Positions 62,577 through 64,000 of a DNA stretch of 64,000 nucleotides are shown one piece after another. Position 1 is the stretch's first letter. Each line of letters starts with the position of its first letter. The translations under genes and the position numbers were made by a program. The DNA is from Eimeria praecox (Eukaryota), in assembly GCA_963920595.1 (NCBI GenBank), contig OY986950.1, positions 3,348,001-3,412,000 of the forward strand, written 5' to 3'. Below the pieces are notes generated by a model. The model was not told the origin of the DNA. It did no database searches and saw only the letters and a list, made by a program, of their open reading frames with translations.

Positions 62577-63723
62577 ACAACAGCAGCAGCAACAGCAGCA
62601 GGAGAGGAAGGTGAGAGGCCCCCCGGTGAGCCTTTAGATAGTTTAGCTGCATGGTATAGAAGAAGATATGGTAGTGGCGGGGGTGTTTATGTGTCTCTCT
62701 CAAAAGATATAAAAGGAGACAGTAAACATATATTAAATATAATCAAACAGTTTGAATATATTGCTGCTGAGAGGAGACACCGCAGCAGAGAAGCATTTAT
62801 AGAAGATGAGAGATATGTTTTAGGAGACGTTATACGTTCCTTCTCTCCTTATGAAGTTGTAAGGACGGTAGCGAGGGTGAGGGGTGGAGGAGGGGGGGGC
62901 CCCCATACAAACGGGGGAGGAGGGGCCCCCATAAAGGGGGCCCCCATAAAGGGGGCCCCCATAAAGGGGGCCCCCCCCACAGAGGGACAGGGGAGGGGCC
63001 CCCATGAAGGGGGCCCCACAAAGGGGGGGGAAGAAGGGGGGGGCGGGGGCCCCCCAGGAGAGGTGCTGGCTGTGAAGGGAGATAGAATGGGGGGCCCTCT
63101 AGAAAGTAGGGGGGGCCCCACAGGGGCCCCCAAGGAGACTGAGAGTGTTAAGGGAGAGGAGACAGTTGTCTCCTCTAATCCTGATGTCACAGCGTCTTCT
63201 CTGGCTTCAGCTGCAGCACCTGCTGCTGCTGCTGCTGCTGCTGCTGCAACGTCAGCAGACGCAGCAGCAACAGCACCAGCAGCAGCAGGAGAAAGAGAAA
63301 CAGCACCAGAAACAACAACAACAACAACAGCAGCAGCAGCAGCAGGTGCAGCAGCAGCAGCAGCAGCACCTAAACCCAAGCTACAAGAAGCTGAGGGGCC
63401 CTCCCAGCAGCTCACCAGCAGCAGCAGTGTATCTGCAGCACCCTCATCATCATCATCAGCAGCAGCAGCAGCAGCAGGAGAAGGGGGCCCCCCCCTGGGG
63501 GCCCCCGTTGGGGGCCCCTCTGTGGGGGGCCCTATGGGGGCCCCCCCTATGGGGGGAGGGGGCCCCCAGGGGGCCCCCTCTCCCCCTATGGGGGGCCCCC
63601 GTAAGAAACGAAGACGTGTATATGTTGAACGTTATGTGTCAGTGGAGGAAGTAGTTCGTTCTCTTCTTCCTTTTCATTGTTTCTATCTTCCTCATTTAGA
63701 GAGTTTGGCGCCAGAGCCAGAAG
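60873..63723 (+). CDS. First exon of a large Ala/Pro-rich, probably nuclear protein with a GLTSCR1/BICRA-like motif; continues beyond the window
   Basis: ~950-codon ATG-initiated open frame ending at a G|GTTAG donor. Ordered blocks PLDSLAAWYRRRYG..IIKQFEYIAAERRHRSREAFIEDERYVLGDVIRSF and PRKKRRRVYVERYVSVEEVVRSLLPFHCFY. Coding status is well supported, the family label less so. Confidence 0.65.
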
Positions 63724-64000
63724 GTTAGTGTTTGGGGCTGGCGGGGAGATGCATGCATGCATGCATGCGGATGGAGTGTATATGTATTTATATTATGTCT
63801 ATATATGTATATATTTATGTATATATATATATATGTATATATATATAATGTATGTATATATAAGATGTATATTGTGTAGGTGTGTATATATATAAATATA
63901 TATACGCGTATCTCTCTTTATATCTATATCTATATCTATATCTATATCTATATCTATATCTATATCTATATCTATATCTATATCTATATTTATATCTATA

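Overview
Eukaryotic, intron-rich DNA with the hallmarks of a repeat-rich region of an Eimeria-type coccidian (apicomplexan) chromosome: pervasive CAG/CTG trinucleotide tracts, interstitial telomere-like AAACCCT/TTTAGGG arrays, TGCATGCA and TAGC palindromic microsatellites. Most entries in the ORF track are repeat artefacts. Manual GT-AG splicing supports seven genes: (1) a PERK-like transmembrane eIF2-alpha kinase (IF2K-A/PK4 type, minus strand, runs off the left edge); (2) a 14-exon, probably mitochondrial helical-repeat (HPR/OPR-like) protein; (3) a 5-exon two-TM membrane protein with a NEMP-like C-terminal motif; (4) a secreted four-MAR-domain microneme adhesin; (5) DDB1; (6) SAC1 phosphoinositide phosphatase; (7) the first exon of a low-complexity nuclear protein with a split GLTSCR1/BICRA-like motif (runs off the right edge). 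No tRNA, rRNA, CRISPR or intact mobile element was recognised. I did not find a clearly new multi-gene system. The best leads are local: a telomeric repeat apparently supplying a splice acceptor and codons, a ~75-bp intronic inverted repeat, inverted telomeric arrays, an in-frame duplicated acceptor in DDB1, a mucin-like insert inside a MAR domain, and two possible unrecognised nuclear-protein homologies. Family assignments come from remembered motifs, not database searches.
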